Positions 11,916 through 24,315 of a stretch of DNA of 64,000 bases are shown here, in pieces. The stretch comes from Tubiluchus corallicola. Its lineage: Eukaryota; Animalia; Priapulida. Within the stretch, counting starts at the first letter, position 1. Each line of letters starts with the position of its first letter. The notes beneath the pieces are model-generated. The model was given only the letters and a program-made list of their open reading frames with translations, did not search any database and had not been told where the DNA came from. The stretch is taken from positions 62,001 through 126,000 of the forward strand of contig JAQGDQ010000262.1 in the NCBI GenBank assembly GCA_030141605.1. The letters run 5' to 3'. A program made the position numbers and the translations under genes.

Positions 11916-12154
11916 GTATACTAACATTACTGAACCCATTTCTCATAGAACATTTGCTTTAAAAATGCTTCAAGCCACATTATTGTCATTGCTAATCAGT
12001 TTAAATCAATAAAACAACTATAAGCATTTAGTTTATAAACCATGAACTAGTGGATAATGATATTATTAAGTTCATTATGCCAACAAAAGTATTAGCGGTT
12101 AGCTAATGAAAGACACCACATATTCTGCTGTTTGTTATCACTATGACTCGAGCT

Positions 12155-12677
12155 CAGGGATGAGAATTTTCCGCGGATACGCGGACTTCCGAGTTTTTGG
12201 AAAACCAGTAGTGCCATCTTTGTAAATTCGTTGAGAAAATTTTTATGGACCCAGTACATTATTTGACAAGCTGTCTGCTACTTGGCAGGCCGTCACTTTG
12301 TTTACATCACGTACATCAGTGTAACCACGTGTATATCTGTTTGCATAAAAATATAGAATCAATTGTGCAGAGTTATTTGAGTCAATTGCAGACAGTTTTT
12401 ATATACTTTTGCATAGGAGCGGAGCGGCCAGTACTTAGGCGTTTTTGATACAATTAGGGTATCATGTATCCTTGATAGTTGGGTATTTTAAATTATGCAT
12501 GAAACAAGGTAACTGATATTTTAAGTCCACTTAGAGGCTCTCTATGGTCACAAAATTGCAATTTGTTGCTGGCTCCAAGGGGGCTTCACCCCCCCCCTTA
12601 AACCCCCACGGGGGTCTACGCGGCCCCCAAACCTCCGGCCTGTCAGAGTTTTTTGCAATTTGTCATTCTCATCCCTG
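12155..12677 (+). mobile_element. hAT-like MITE family B
   Basis: TIR CAGGGATGAGAAT; TSD CTCGAGCT/CTCAAGCT. Confidence 0.88.
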
Positions 12678-13011
12678 CTCAAGCTACTCTGCATGTTTCC
12701 CTATGCAATAGCATACTGCTGGTAAACATGTAGATTCTTGTATCATATCCTACTTATTATGTACAATAGCATTATTAATAGCAGAGCGCATAATGAAATG
12801 ATGATACAAATTTCTGTCTATGTTTAACTTGCTTTATTATTACCTTGCAAGAAAAGCTTTGAAGCTAAATTTGCAAAAAATTAGTTTGCACTTTTTTGCT
12901 GGTTTTCAGTAATCGAGGTTAGAAATAAAAACCTAATCAATTGTTTTCTATTAATGAATCCCATCGCTAACCTTAAGAGCATTCAAGGTTCTACTTCTTC
13001 CATTTTTCCAG

Positions 13012-13212
13012 GCTAGGGGTATTGTAGATAAATTAATTGATCTGTACCATAAGGAATACATGTCCCTTCCTGTGAAGCTGCTGATAATCTCTGCACTGGA
13101 TAGCTGCCTGCAGCAGCGTGTTGGTCTTGACTGGTTCATGGGTTTGGACGGAATCGGCGAAGGAAAGGAATTGGGATATCAGAAAGTCGTTAACATGCTG
13201 ATGTTGACAAAG
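13012..13212 (+). CDS. VIRMA: VIRMA exon w7
   Basis: TTCCAG|GCT ... AAG|GTATGT; KLIDLYHKEYMSLPVKLLIISALDS...GYQK. Confidence 0.92.
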
Positions 13213-13449
13213 GTATGTCATTAAGCGAAAATTGATGAACTTATTCGCCCTGTCATTTCGAAAAATAGTTTATGAATTGATTGTTTAGCATAATTTTAAG
13301 TTACCGTATGTTTGTGATGCTAGGTCATTCCTCTTTCCTGTATGCTCCCTAATATTTATGTAATAATAGTATATCACTTAACGAATTTTATGTGTAATTT
13401 TTGCACAAATTTGATTTTTAAAATCCTATTAGCAGTTGTCATCTTAATC

Positions 13450-13950
13450 CAGGGGTGTGCAAATTATCTGACTAGCCGGGCCACATTAAACTTTCCCGCA
13501 ATTCCTGCGGGCCACATGCAGTTTGATCAAGGAGCCAAGTACAGAAAGGCCTAATAACGATTGTTTTTGCATCCAACCTCTGTACATCATTACTACTACA
13601 CTCAAGAAACTATTTTAGAAGTTACTAAAATTTATGTTACAAACCATATATTTCTACTTTCAGGACAGATAGTGGTAATTTCAATACTATGAATATTAGT
13701 AATGTGTATCACTCAGTCTGTGTAGTACAGTGACATTAAGCTACAACCGTCTTGTAAGGGTTAATGGCATCCGATCTAGTAGGAAAAACTACCCGCACTG
13801 TCTTTGGGATCGTGGCACGGACTTCAGCTGGATACACCCAATTAATTGCCCGGGTCGCACTTTCATTAGGTTGACAAATCTCTTCACGGGCCGTACAAAT
13901 TCTCTCGGCAGGCCGCAAGTGGCCCGCGGGCCGCAATTTGCACACCCCTG
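13450..13950 (+). mobile_element. hAT MITE family A
   Basis: Perfect 8-bp TSD TCTTAATC. Confidence 0.92.
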
Positions 13951-14127
13951 TCTTAATCAGTTTTCATGAGTTATATGCTGATTACTGTCTATAGAACAAG
14001 ACCTCGGAAGAAACAGCTTTGTTGTTATTTATCTGCACCTAGTTATTTACTATGTTATTAATTAATCTTGTAATTGCGTAATGTTGATGATGTAAATTAT
14101 TTAGCGGCGATGTTCTCGTGATTGCAG

Positions 14128-14216
14128 GCAACAAGACTCAAAGTTGCATTGATGGCTTTGGTAGAGAAATGTCATTTTTATGAGATTATTGTGAAGCTAG
14201 AAGCTGCTGTACAGCG
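14128..14216 (+). CDS. VIRMA: VIRMA exon w8
   Basis: TTGCAG|GCA ... CG|GTAAGC; ATRLKVALMALVEKCHFYE. Confidence 0.9.
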
Positions 14217-15039
14217 GTAAGCATGTTATTCAGGAATTGATCTACTTTGCCGGTTACAGATTGTCGAACTTCATTTTCGTGGAAAAATGTTAGCTTTTAA
14301 AATTGTAAATAGATATTAATATGACATCAGCCCGGACACCTTTTGAATAACAGATATGTTTTCTTTTAGGACGACGGTGTTTTGCTGCCTTGCTGGTTTA
14401 AAACGCTGTCTTTCAATGTTTTAATAGCCTCAGTATTTTATTAAGATCAGAGTAACTAAAGTTGCTTGATGAGTGTAAAGTTACTTACTGAGATAGGTTA
14501 ATAACATAACTACGGAAGCATCCAGAATGGATAAATCTGCCTAGATTTATTCTATCATTTCCAGAACTTTCAAGCTGCGTCTGCAGAAGCTAAAAGGATG
14601 AACTAGATAGCCGCATTGTTATAACATTCAACATTATATGTATTAATACATAATATTCAACATTATATGTATTTATTATGTCTTTATGTCCTTGTTATGC
14701 ATGTTATAATTTAAACCTAAATTTCATAAAAAAATCTTAGTACACTAACCATTCTTTTATTTACTTAAGCAACTTAGTAATGTTCCATATGTAAACTTTT
14801 ATCACACCTAATTCTGAAAATTTCACCTTGGTAATTGCGCACATAATTAATTACTAATAGCAACATTACTTGCAGGTTGGTTGACTTTGATAACTTTTAG
14901 TTCTTCACCATCCTTTTGCCAATCAGTTTAATATCGTATCTCAGATAAATTAATCATCATAATAATTTTGTTATATTGTATCATATTATCGTTTTATACA
15001 CTGTGTTTTTCTTCTTGTAAAAAGATGATCAATAAAGAT

Positions 15040-15451
<412 letters not shown>

Positions 15452-15512
15452 CTAGCCACCAAGTATTTTACATCAAGGCAAATGCCTTTCTAATCCGTTT
15501 TTTTTTGTGTAG

Positions 15513-15657
15513 CATCATGAAGGAAAATCTGGAAAAGAATAAACCGGTTCTTGTCGACAAGGATGTTACTGTCGCTGAGTCGACAGAAGATATCGAGATT
15601 ATTGTGGCAACCGTGAAAGAAATAACAAAAATGCTCATCAAAGCTCCTTACGTCATT
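15513..15657 (+). CDS. VIRMA: VIRMA exon w9
   Basis: TGTAG|C ... ATT|GTAAGT; phases 2/0 fit both neighbours. Confidence 0.88.
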
Positions 15658-16212
15658 GTAAGTTCATCAAATTATTTTAAAATATCGTTTTGCTTTAAAA
15701 TATTTCTGCAAGCACGTATGTTTACGCAAGCCTTAGACATGGTAGGGAGGTTAGTAGTTGGAGCCTGGGTAGATAGTGGATAGTTGCATGCGTGAATGGC
15801 GTATGACTGCCTTGGTTCAATACTTGCTCTGAACGACTTCGTTTGTCGTGCTGATTATGGCTGTTTATCTCTTAGCGAGAGGACATATTCACATTTTGAA
15901 TGTGTGTGAGGCACTTCTGTAAGTTCAGTGGCTCACTTTAGTTGGATAGCCTTGGTAATATGCCAGGCTCTGGCCTTGCCAACAGTATCTTGTTGAGTAG
16001 GCTTTCTGTTTGAATCTTGAATTCTAGCTTGCAGTGTGGCAAAAAAGATGAGTTATATTGATTAACTGTGATAATGATGTTATTTGCTGTTTAGTGAATT
16101 TACATATTCATGTTATGTCAAAGATACGCCAGTTTTGGGGATCAACATTTTACAGGTGATGCACGGCATTTAATAAGCATTGCAACTTATAAGCATTTAT
16201 TGTGTCAATTTA

Positions 16213-16790
16213 AAGCAAAACCGGACCCAATCTTAAACTGTAGGTTAAAACAACCTGCTTTTTAGAATATTGAAAGGAAACGTACTATTTTTTCAAAAGA
16301 AACTTACATGAAAAAATTATTGCCACAGAAGCACAATTTCGCGTTTGTGCCACTAGTTCCTCATGCATTTCGCTGTTACAGTTAGACGGGCACTAATGTA
16401 AGCATTTCTGAAACACTTCGCACAAAAAACAGGTGCTGTACATCTCAATTCAGGTCTGTTAGTTTGTGACGAACTACGCACGTTCTACAGCTCATGCGTG
16501 AGCACAGTGGTAAATTTGAAACTTGAACATTTATCTGACCTAGTTTTAGTACAACACACTGAATATCTTATAGTAGCACTGTACTTCAGTTTTCACTTTC
16601 ATAAACACGTGCAACACGCTCGTGGAATATTTGTGCTGTTTAAAATTATGCTAGTTTCTGATGTCATCAATAGTTGGGCTCGCCTGCCGTTAATTAAGTT
16701 TTTAATCTATTATTTAATTATCAGAAACGTCTTTGCAGTATTAATTGTGTTAAAATGTATACTTTTTATCGGACTTGAAAATGGGGTAGT
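16213..16790 (+). mobile_element. interspersed repeat family D (TTAA-AG start, possibly Kolobok-like)
   Basis: Starts TTAAAGCAAAACCGGACCCAAT, also seen at about 36815; diverged inverted copy at about 25955-26470. Confidence 0.55.
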
Positions 16791-16959
16791 ATATGAAAAA
16801 TCATCCTGTCTTCCTTTGATCTTATAATTTTTGTAACTTTTAATTTTTTTACTGTAAATACGTTTGACGAACCTTGAAACAAAACAACTTACTTACTGAA
16901 AGGCACTTCATTTCATTGACGTTAAAAAGCATCTTACATGTTTTTATCAATCATTCCAG

Positions 16960-17057
16960 GCGCAACCAAGAAGATCTCTGCCAGCTACAATACAATTTGA
17001 TGTGAAGCCTAGTCCACACGATCCATATCCAGGCATTTTTGCAATGTTCAAATCCAG
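16960..17057 (+). CDS. VIRMA: VIRMA exon w10
   Basis: TTCCAG|GCG ... AG|GTGAAT; AQPRRSLP...HDPYPGIF. Confidence 0.92.
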
Positions 17058-17305
17058 GTGAATTTCGTAACTGTTTGTAATGTATAATATTTTTTTAATA
17101 GATATCTGACCACAATTGGGATCCAGAATGCATATCTTGACTGCAATGTTTCTTTTCTAATGTCAAATATTACAGCAGTTGTTTATTCATTGTGATGTTT
17201 GTTTACCTGTCATTGATTGATGCTGTGTCTTGATTTGTTCAGAATTTACTGATTTTTTTCTCAGTCTATGCATTGACGTTTTGCGTGTGTTTTCAGGCAC
17301 TTCCA

Positions 17306-18180
17306 GACGTTAACAAAAGTCAAGAAAGTTCAACAAATCACTGCACTTACAGACGCTAAGAAAAGTCAAGAAAGTTCAACAAATCACTGCACTTACAGAT
17401 GTTAACAAAAGTCAAGAAAGTTCAACAAATCACTGCGCTTACAGACGTTAACAAAAGTCAAGAAAGTTCAGCAAATCACTGCACTTACAGACGTTAACAA
17501 AAGTCAAGAAAGTTCAACAAATCACTGCACTTACAGACGTTAACAAAAGTCAAGAAAGTTCAACAAATCACTGCACTCACAGACGTTAACAAAAGTCAAG
17601 AAAGTTCAACAAATCACTGCACTCACAGACGTTAACAAAAGTCAAGAAAGTTCAACAAATCACTGCACTTGCAGACGTTTACAAAAGTCAAGAAAGTTCA
17701 ACAAATCACTGCACTTACAGACGTTAACAAAAGTCAAGAAAGTTCAACAAATCACTGGACTTGCAGACGTTAACAAAAGTCAAGAAAGTTCAACAAATCA
17801 CTGCACTACAGATGTTAACAAAAGTCAAGAAAGTTCAACAAATCACTGGACTTGCAGACGTTAACAAAAGTCAAGAAAGTTCAACAAATCACTGCACTTA
17901 CAGACGTTAACAAAGGTCAAGAAAGTTCGACAAATCACTGCACTTACAGACGTTAACAAAAGTCAAGAAAGTTCAACAAATCACTGCACTTACAGATGTT
18001 AACAAAAGTCAAGAAAGTTCAACAAATCACTGCACTCACAGACGTTAACAAAAGTCAAGAAAGTTCGACAAATCACTGCACTTACAGATGTTAACAAAAG
18101 TCAAGAAAGTTCAACAAATCACTGCACTCACAGACGTTAACAAAAGTCAAGAAAGTTCAACAAATCACTGCACTTACAGA
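17306..18180. repeat. 46-bp minisatellite, about 19 copies
   Basis: Unit GACGTTAACAAAAGTCAAGAAAGTTCAACAAATCACTGCACTTACA. Confidence 0.95.
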
Positions 18181-18259
18181 TGTTTGTTTACCTGTCATCA
18201 ATTAGTGACGTGTCTTGATTTGTTCAGTCTATACGTTGACGTTTTGCGTGTGTTTTCAG

Positions 18260-18440
18260 ACAGCTGTTGCGATGTTTGCTCCTTCTGTTGGTAAGTCCTG
18301 CAACTTCTGCTACTCCAGCCGTGTTTGCAGCCGTACAAGATTTAATACAGCAGTTGTTATCCAGCCACCAGGGGGCAGTTTTTCTTTTGTCACAGACTAG
18401 TGAGGCAAATGCACTGCAGAGGGCTCTGTTGCAAGTTGCG
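18260..18440 (+). CDS. VIRMA: VIRMA exon w11
   Basis: TTTCAG|A ... GCG|GTAAGT; LLLLLVSP...SHQGAVFLLS. Confidence 0.9.
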
Positions 18441-19041
18441 GTAAGTTTGCGTCATTGCGTCCATTCCAGAATTCTCGTTTTTATTATAACCCGTATTTTC
18501 AATTAAAAACCTGTGTTTTCATTGAGACATGTTTTCACCAAATTTTTTAGTTAAAGGAAAAGCCAAGTCTCTTGGGAAGCTGATCTTATTTTAATATTTG
18601 GACAAAATGTCAAAAAGTTTCAGCAATAAAATTATGATAAGCACCTCATGTAATTAATTTAAAGTCGCCGTCACTTTACGCTTGGGCGCGCTACTTTAGC
18701 ATAAAATGGAATCTTCCGGTTTCCGTTCAATATAAACACTTATCCCGGAAGGTGCTTCAGAATCTTTTTTTTAACTTATAGAGTGAATTTTATAAACTAA
18801 GTAACCAACCGGACAGCTACTACGTGCTGGCGTTTACGCGCGTAGTTAAAAATCAACAAAAGCCTGTAAATTAATTATTTGCCCAATTAATGTTAATTAC
18901 TTACACATTTTAAGGTGTAATCCTGCAATGTAACCACTTTATAAATTTGACAAAATGGCTGATTTCTAGATAAACATAGTTATGCACAACATGTATTTGA
19001 CATGTGTAGAATAATGTGTGACATGGGTTAGAATAATGGAA

Positions 19042-19302
19042 CTTGGTTTGAAGAAACCAAAAAACTTGAAATTTAGTTTTAAGATTTTATTCTGAAGTGT
19101 CTACATAAACAGTGAAGTGGTGTCATGTCGAAAAGCAGAAAACCAAGTGACCAAAACTACAGGTGAAATCATTTAGGTGTGAAAACAGGTTTAGAGATTA
19201 TGCATTCATAAAGACTGTAGAAGCCAATGAAAATATAAACAGTAAAGAGAAAGATTTAACGATTTTAACAAGAACACCTGAAGGTGGCAGCACTATCCAA
19301 AA
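19042..19302 (+). mobile_element. interspersed repeat family F, uninterrupted copy
   Basis: Reverse complement matches 59780-60002 plus 60628-60660. Confidence 0.8.
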
Positions 19303-20430
19303 CTCAAAAAAGTATGATAACATTACAATGGAAATTTAAATTTAGAGTAATTAAAACAATTTTCTTCTGTCCAGAACTTGTAAGCAAAGTGTAAGAATTT
19401 TGCAACTCGTACCTTCACGCAGCTTGATTTCAGTGTCTTAATTGTACGTTAAAATGCAATAAATGTTACTCGATTCTTTTAACTACTGCAATACTTAATT
19501 TTTAATTTTTTCATGCAAATTATTGTGTGCGCCAGAAAAAATTAACTGTTTCCAATAGCTTTTGTTTTTCCCTTGTGTTAATCACTTTTGGCAGGCTAAA
19601 AGTACACTCGACAAAGCATAGTGGTTAAGCTGTTTTATGGATAAAATGTTGTTACATTTATTGAAAAAAAGCTTTTGCAACAAAATTGCCTTTCAATCAA
19701 TCAATCAATCAATTTATTTCACTGGAGCAATACATAATTATACAATACATTAACATACAATATTATTGAAAAAAAGAAACAGTATAGGTAAAAAAAACGT
19801 TGATGAAGTCAAATTAACCAAAGAGAGTTGCTGTATGACACCTTGAAAGCTTGGCTTGTTAGGGTGGCACAAATGAGTGAATGAAAGAATGGTTAGGGTC
19901 AGAAGAAATGATGGAATGGAAAAAATAGTAAGAATAGGGATAGGAAGAAGGAAGGGAGGGGAGGATGAGTGAATGAAAGAATGGTTAGGGTCACAAGACA
20001 TGATGGAATGGAAAAAATAGTAAGAATAGGGATAAGAAGAAGGAAGGGAGGGGAGGATGAGTGAATGAAAGAATGGTTAGGGTCAGAAGAAATGATGGAA
20101 TGGAAAAAAGTAAGATTAGGGATAGGAAGAAGGAAAGGGGGAGAAGAAACGACCCTTTATCGTACAATAATCCACACTACCAAGTTAAATTAACAATTAA
20201 TTGACTTATATTAAAATATGATCTCCTTCGAAAACAAATCCACATTCACAAACTAACTAAAGTGGGATAATTACAATATGGCCTATCTTGTGAAATTCTA
20301 GTTGAAGTAATCTATTCAATTCAGTTCTATTACACATTTTTACAGACTATTGCGTAATTTTAGATATTGTGAGCTTTGGCTGATATCTGTAGTCCTGACT
20401 TAAAATTACCTGTTATTTGCCTTCATTTAG

Positions 20431-20554
20431 CCTTTCCAGGAATATACAAAAGAAGAGATTGATGACAGCGCCTCCTCACAGCTGGGTTTGCAACTAGTGT
20501 TTCGTTTGAGTGCCATACAGCTGGTGGACGAACTAATGAAGCTGAGAATCAAAC
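20431..20554 (+). CDS. VIRMA: VIRMA exon w12 (alternative in-frame acceptor would start at 20440)
   Basis: TTTAG|CCT or TTCCAG|GAA ... C|GTAAGA; QLGLQLVFRLSAIQLVDEL. Confidence 0.85.
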
Positions 20555-22257
20555 GTAAGACTCATTGTACTGATCAGACCAATCAGGTCCTTGTTTACCC
20601 TTGCTAGTTACTGTCATAAGCGATGATTTCGTATTTTTCCCACACGCAGCGCTCTTTCAACACCATCATCAGCACCTTCAAACATTGGATAATTAACAGG
20701 GCTTGTCAGCGTATGGAGAAACTTTGATGCTGATAGCAAATATTTTGACTATAAACAACTGATTGAGGATTCTGGGAAGATTGTAATTAAAACTGATGAA
20801 GATGGCACTCAGCAGAGAAAGAGTGCAAGATGAGAAGACTAATTCATACAGCCAAAGGTGGTGTGGTGACGTTTTTCAGTTTGGCATAGTAAAGTTAACG
20901 TATAACTGCTTGAAATTATGTGCTTTTCAAAAGTACATCAATGACGTGACAAAATTTTCTCAGATTTTTAGCCCTAAAAATTTTGAAAAATTTGAATAAT
21001 CTTTCATTGTTATCGTTGTTGTCATCCATATCAGCCACCATAGCATCGGCGTCACTGTCACCATTGCCATTGTTCTTTTTCCTGTTCCTCTTCTTGTGCT
21101 ATTGTTCTTTATAGCAGTTTTGTATTAATTCGTTATTTACTATGCAAAGTGAATTTACGCCGCAAAAGTTACCGCAGGAAAAGAGGCCGCAATCCAAATC
21201 TTGGCCAGATTCCTGCTGATGACTGCGGGTGTGGTGTAGTAATGTGCGTGGTGGATAGGATGTGAGGTTTAATGAGTATGTGTTGTCCGATTGCTGTATT
21301 TGTGCAGAATAGAATTCAATTCAATTTAATTCAATTCAATTCAATTCAATTCAGTTCAATTTAATTTTAATTTATTTATCTCTTTATAATGCTGCAATAA
21401 AACATGATTAATAAAAGAATCTCTTAATAAGTTTTGAAGAATGGTTAAAATGTATAGATAGATCTAGAACTAGAGAAAGGATAGCGAAAAGACTATAAAG
21501 TCACCTAGTCTGCTATCCTTTACCGAATATAGATAAAATGATTTTTATTAGACACTGGTGGGCATTAATGTTATCAGTTTAATTTAGGAAACAATAGTAA
21601 TTTTTAAAATTATGACATTTGCTATATAATCCAGAGAAAAGAATATACATGTAGTTTAATTAGCGGGCAACAAAATAAGGTCAATCTTGATTAAACTAAA
21701 AATTGCATTTAGATTTTATGTGAAATACAGGTCAAAATTGTTATGAAATGATAAAAACACTTTGAGTTAAGGGTTTGGAATAGAGATTTGCACTGCAGAA
21801 TTACAGTATACGGTGGAAAGTGGTGCTTAAGATTTATCATTAGTTAAAAATTTTTATCATTTCTCTGTACCGTACATCAGTTTACATCGTAGTTATGAAA
21901 TATTACTAACGACCACTAGTAATATGCTGTTATTTTTCTTGCTTCTAATTCTCGTTGCCTAACATAAGCTAGCTTCTCAGGTCTGTAGCGCACAATTCAT
22001 GAATTATATCCTAATTTTGTTGTATTAACAAAAATTTATTATCAGTGTACTTTTAACACATAATAAGTATTTGTTTATTGCGAAATAAATCCATTGAATT
22101 GAATTGAATTAAGATCGTATCATTTAGTGACCAAGTCAATCTCATTTGGTAAATTCCTTCTCAAATCAAAATTGGGACAAGCTTAAAAAAAGTGAATTTA
22201 TTTCGAAGAATTTTTTAACTAGCCGGTATTAATAGCCTTTTCCATTTTGTCTGTTAG

Positions 22258-22413
22258 ATGACAAGGAGGTTGACAATCTGGATGCCCTTTCCTGCTTGAG
22301 GAACCTCCTGTGCTTGACCACAACTCCTTGGTCAACAGGCAGGAGTGCTGTCACACGGTCTCTGTCCCAGGAAAAGAATCTGAAGGCCCTCCTACCGTTT
22401 GTCCTTGCCACAG
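22258..22413 (+). CDS. VIRMA: VIRMA exon w13
   Basis: GTTAG|AT ... G|GTGGGT; LRNLLCLTT...GRSAV...NLKALL. Confidence 0.9.
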
Positions 22414-22479
22414 GTGGGTAATTAATCAATTTTTTGTAAACATTTTCACAAGTTTCTCTAGTATAATAATATTTTTATA

Positions 22480-22780
22480 CTACACCCACCGCTGAACGTG
22501 CTATCTATCCATACCCAGGACCACCCTCGGCCTGTTCCCGTTCTCTACATCTCAGCCGTATAACTTTTGCAATTTTTTGCAAAAAACGGTCGAAAAAGGG
22601 CCATTTTTCGCCCCCCCTCCTCCCTGTGGGCCCGATTCGAAAAATAAACCATCAATGGCACGGCACTAGATCGAGACCTTTCGTTTGATATATAGATCGC
22701 CGCAAATGGTGCCCTCGTCGAAGCTGTAGCCTCGAATCTTATATATATATAAATATACCAAGAATATTAATATAAGAGAT
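22480..22780. mobile_element. unclassified non-autonomous repeat; related copy at about 39505-39822
   Basis: Shared GATTCGAAAAATAAACC...AGATCGAGACCTTTCGTTTGATATATAG and TATAArAGAT end; possibly Helitron-like. Confidence 0.55.
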
Positions 22781-24105
22781 TACTTCCCACCCGTATTTAT
22801 ATTTGTATATATTGTAATTTCTTAGCTTCTTAGGTCTCTAGCGTAGAATTCATGAATTGTATCATATTTTTGCATTAACAAAAACTGATTATCGATGCAC
22901 ATGTAATGTATATGTATATGTTTAGCGCGAAATAAATCTATGAAATCTAATCTAATCTAATCTAAGTTTAACTATTTTGCTACTAAGCAACACTTGAGAG
23001 GTTGAAAATACACATACAAAGCTACAAAGGGTGGCTTAATTATGCGGCAGTTGAGTTTTATTTAGCTGACTTACAATAGACAGCATTACCTGCTATAATC
23101 ACTGTGCAGTAACACAGAAAGGCTTTAAAATTTATAGCAGCAGTCTAGCATTCGAATGAGAAAGGTGGATCAAAAAAAGAACTCCATATGTTCTCCAAAA
23201 AGAATTTTTCTTCAACTAGAATGACTAATATTATATTCTTTAAAGAAACAGCAAACAGTAATGTCATGCACAATTCAAGCTGGTTTGAATTGATGAGTAG
23301 GTCTTATATTCGTCTGTCCAGTGAAATGAATTCATTTGTTCGTCGTTTGAAATTGATTTGATTTGGTGAGAATGAAAAATGTCTAGAAGGCACAATAATG
23401 ATTGTAGTTATATTATTAAGTAGAGGTACCCATTACCTCCACATTTTACACCTGATAGTTTCTCTTTTTGCATGTACTTAAATTCTATGTTTACGTAGTT
23501 GAAAAAATATTTATACATAGAGGCAATTCTTAATGATGAGCACGAACTAATGTAGAATTAATGAAAATCCTACAATGTAGGGAAAAGTAAGAACACAATA
23601 TTCAAACTACATTGAGAGATTGTGTTCTTTGTACTGTGGGATGTTTAGGAAAAGCTCATATGTCTGGGAGCTCCTCCATCAAAAGTGTGCATCTGTCTTG
23701 TATCGAAAAATTCTTCTTTACTAAGTATTTTTAATATAAAGGCTGCATTACAATAAATCTTTATGTACAGTTTTACAACTTTTCCTTGTAATTTGTTGCT
23801 AAGTTACTTAACTTCAAAACAATACATGTGTCTATTATAGAAAACATTCTTTTAAGGCTGTTTAAAGTAGGTCACATATTTTGAATTCTTTATTAACACA
23901 TAGATTTACAAAGTTTTAACAACTGACTGCTACTCATATATAAAAGAAAAGTTTTATTGGCAAAAAGATCTTTGTCATGTTAGTTTTTAGTCTGCAAAGC
24001 TAGTTTTTGAAACGTCACAACTCTTGTATTTGTTGCTCAGAAACAAAATGCTGTTTTGCATTATGTATTTCACATCTCAAATACGAACATTTTATCTATT
24101 TTTAG

Positions 24106-24249
24106 AGGATGATGAATCGAACAATGCTATGAAAAAGTCAGCTTGTGCTGGATATGCCTCCAGCCTGATTCTTCTCACTGTTCGGTGTGCGGATGACATC
24201 TCTTACTTGGAAAATATGGGCAAGAAATTGCTTCTGCTTAGCGAACAAG
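24106..24249 (+). CDS. VIRMA: VIRMA exon w14
   Basis: TTTAG|AG ... G|GTACAC; KKSACAGYASSLILLTVR. Confidence 0.9.
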
Positions 24250-24315
24250 GTACACGTCTGTGAATTTCTCTTTTTACCAAATGCCTTTTCGGCTTTGTCG
24301 GTCATATTAGCCTAT

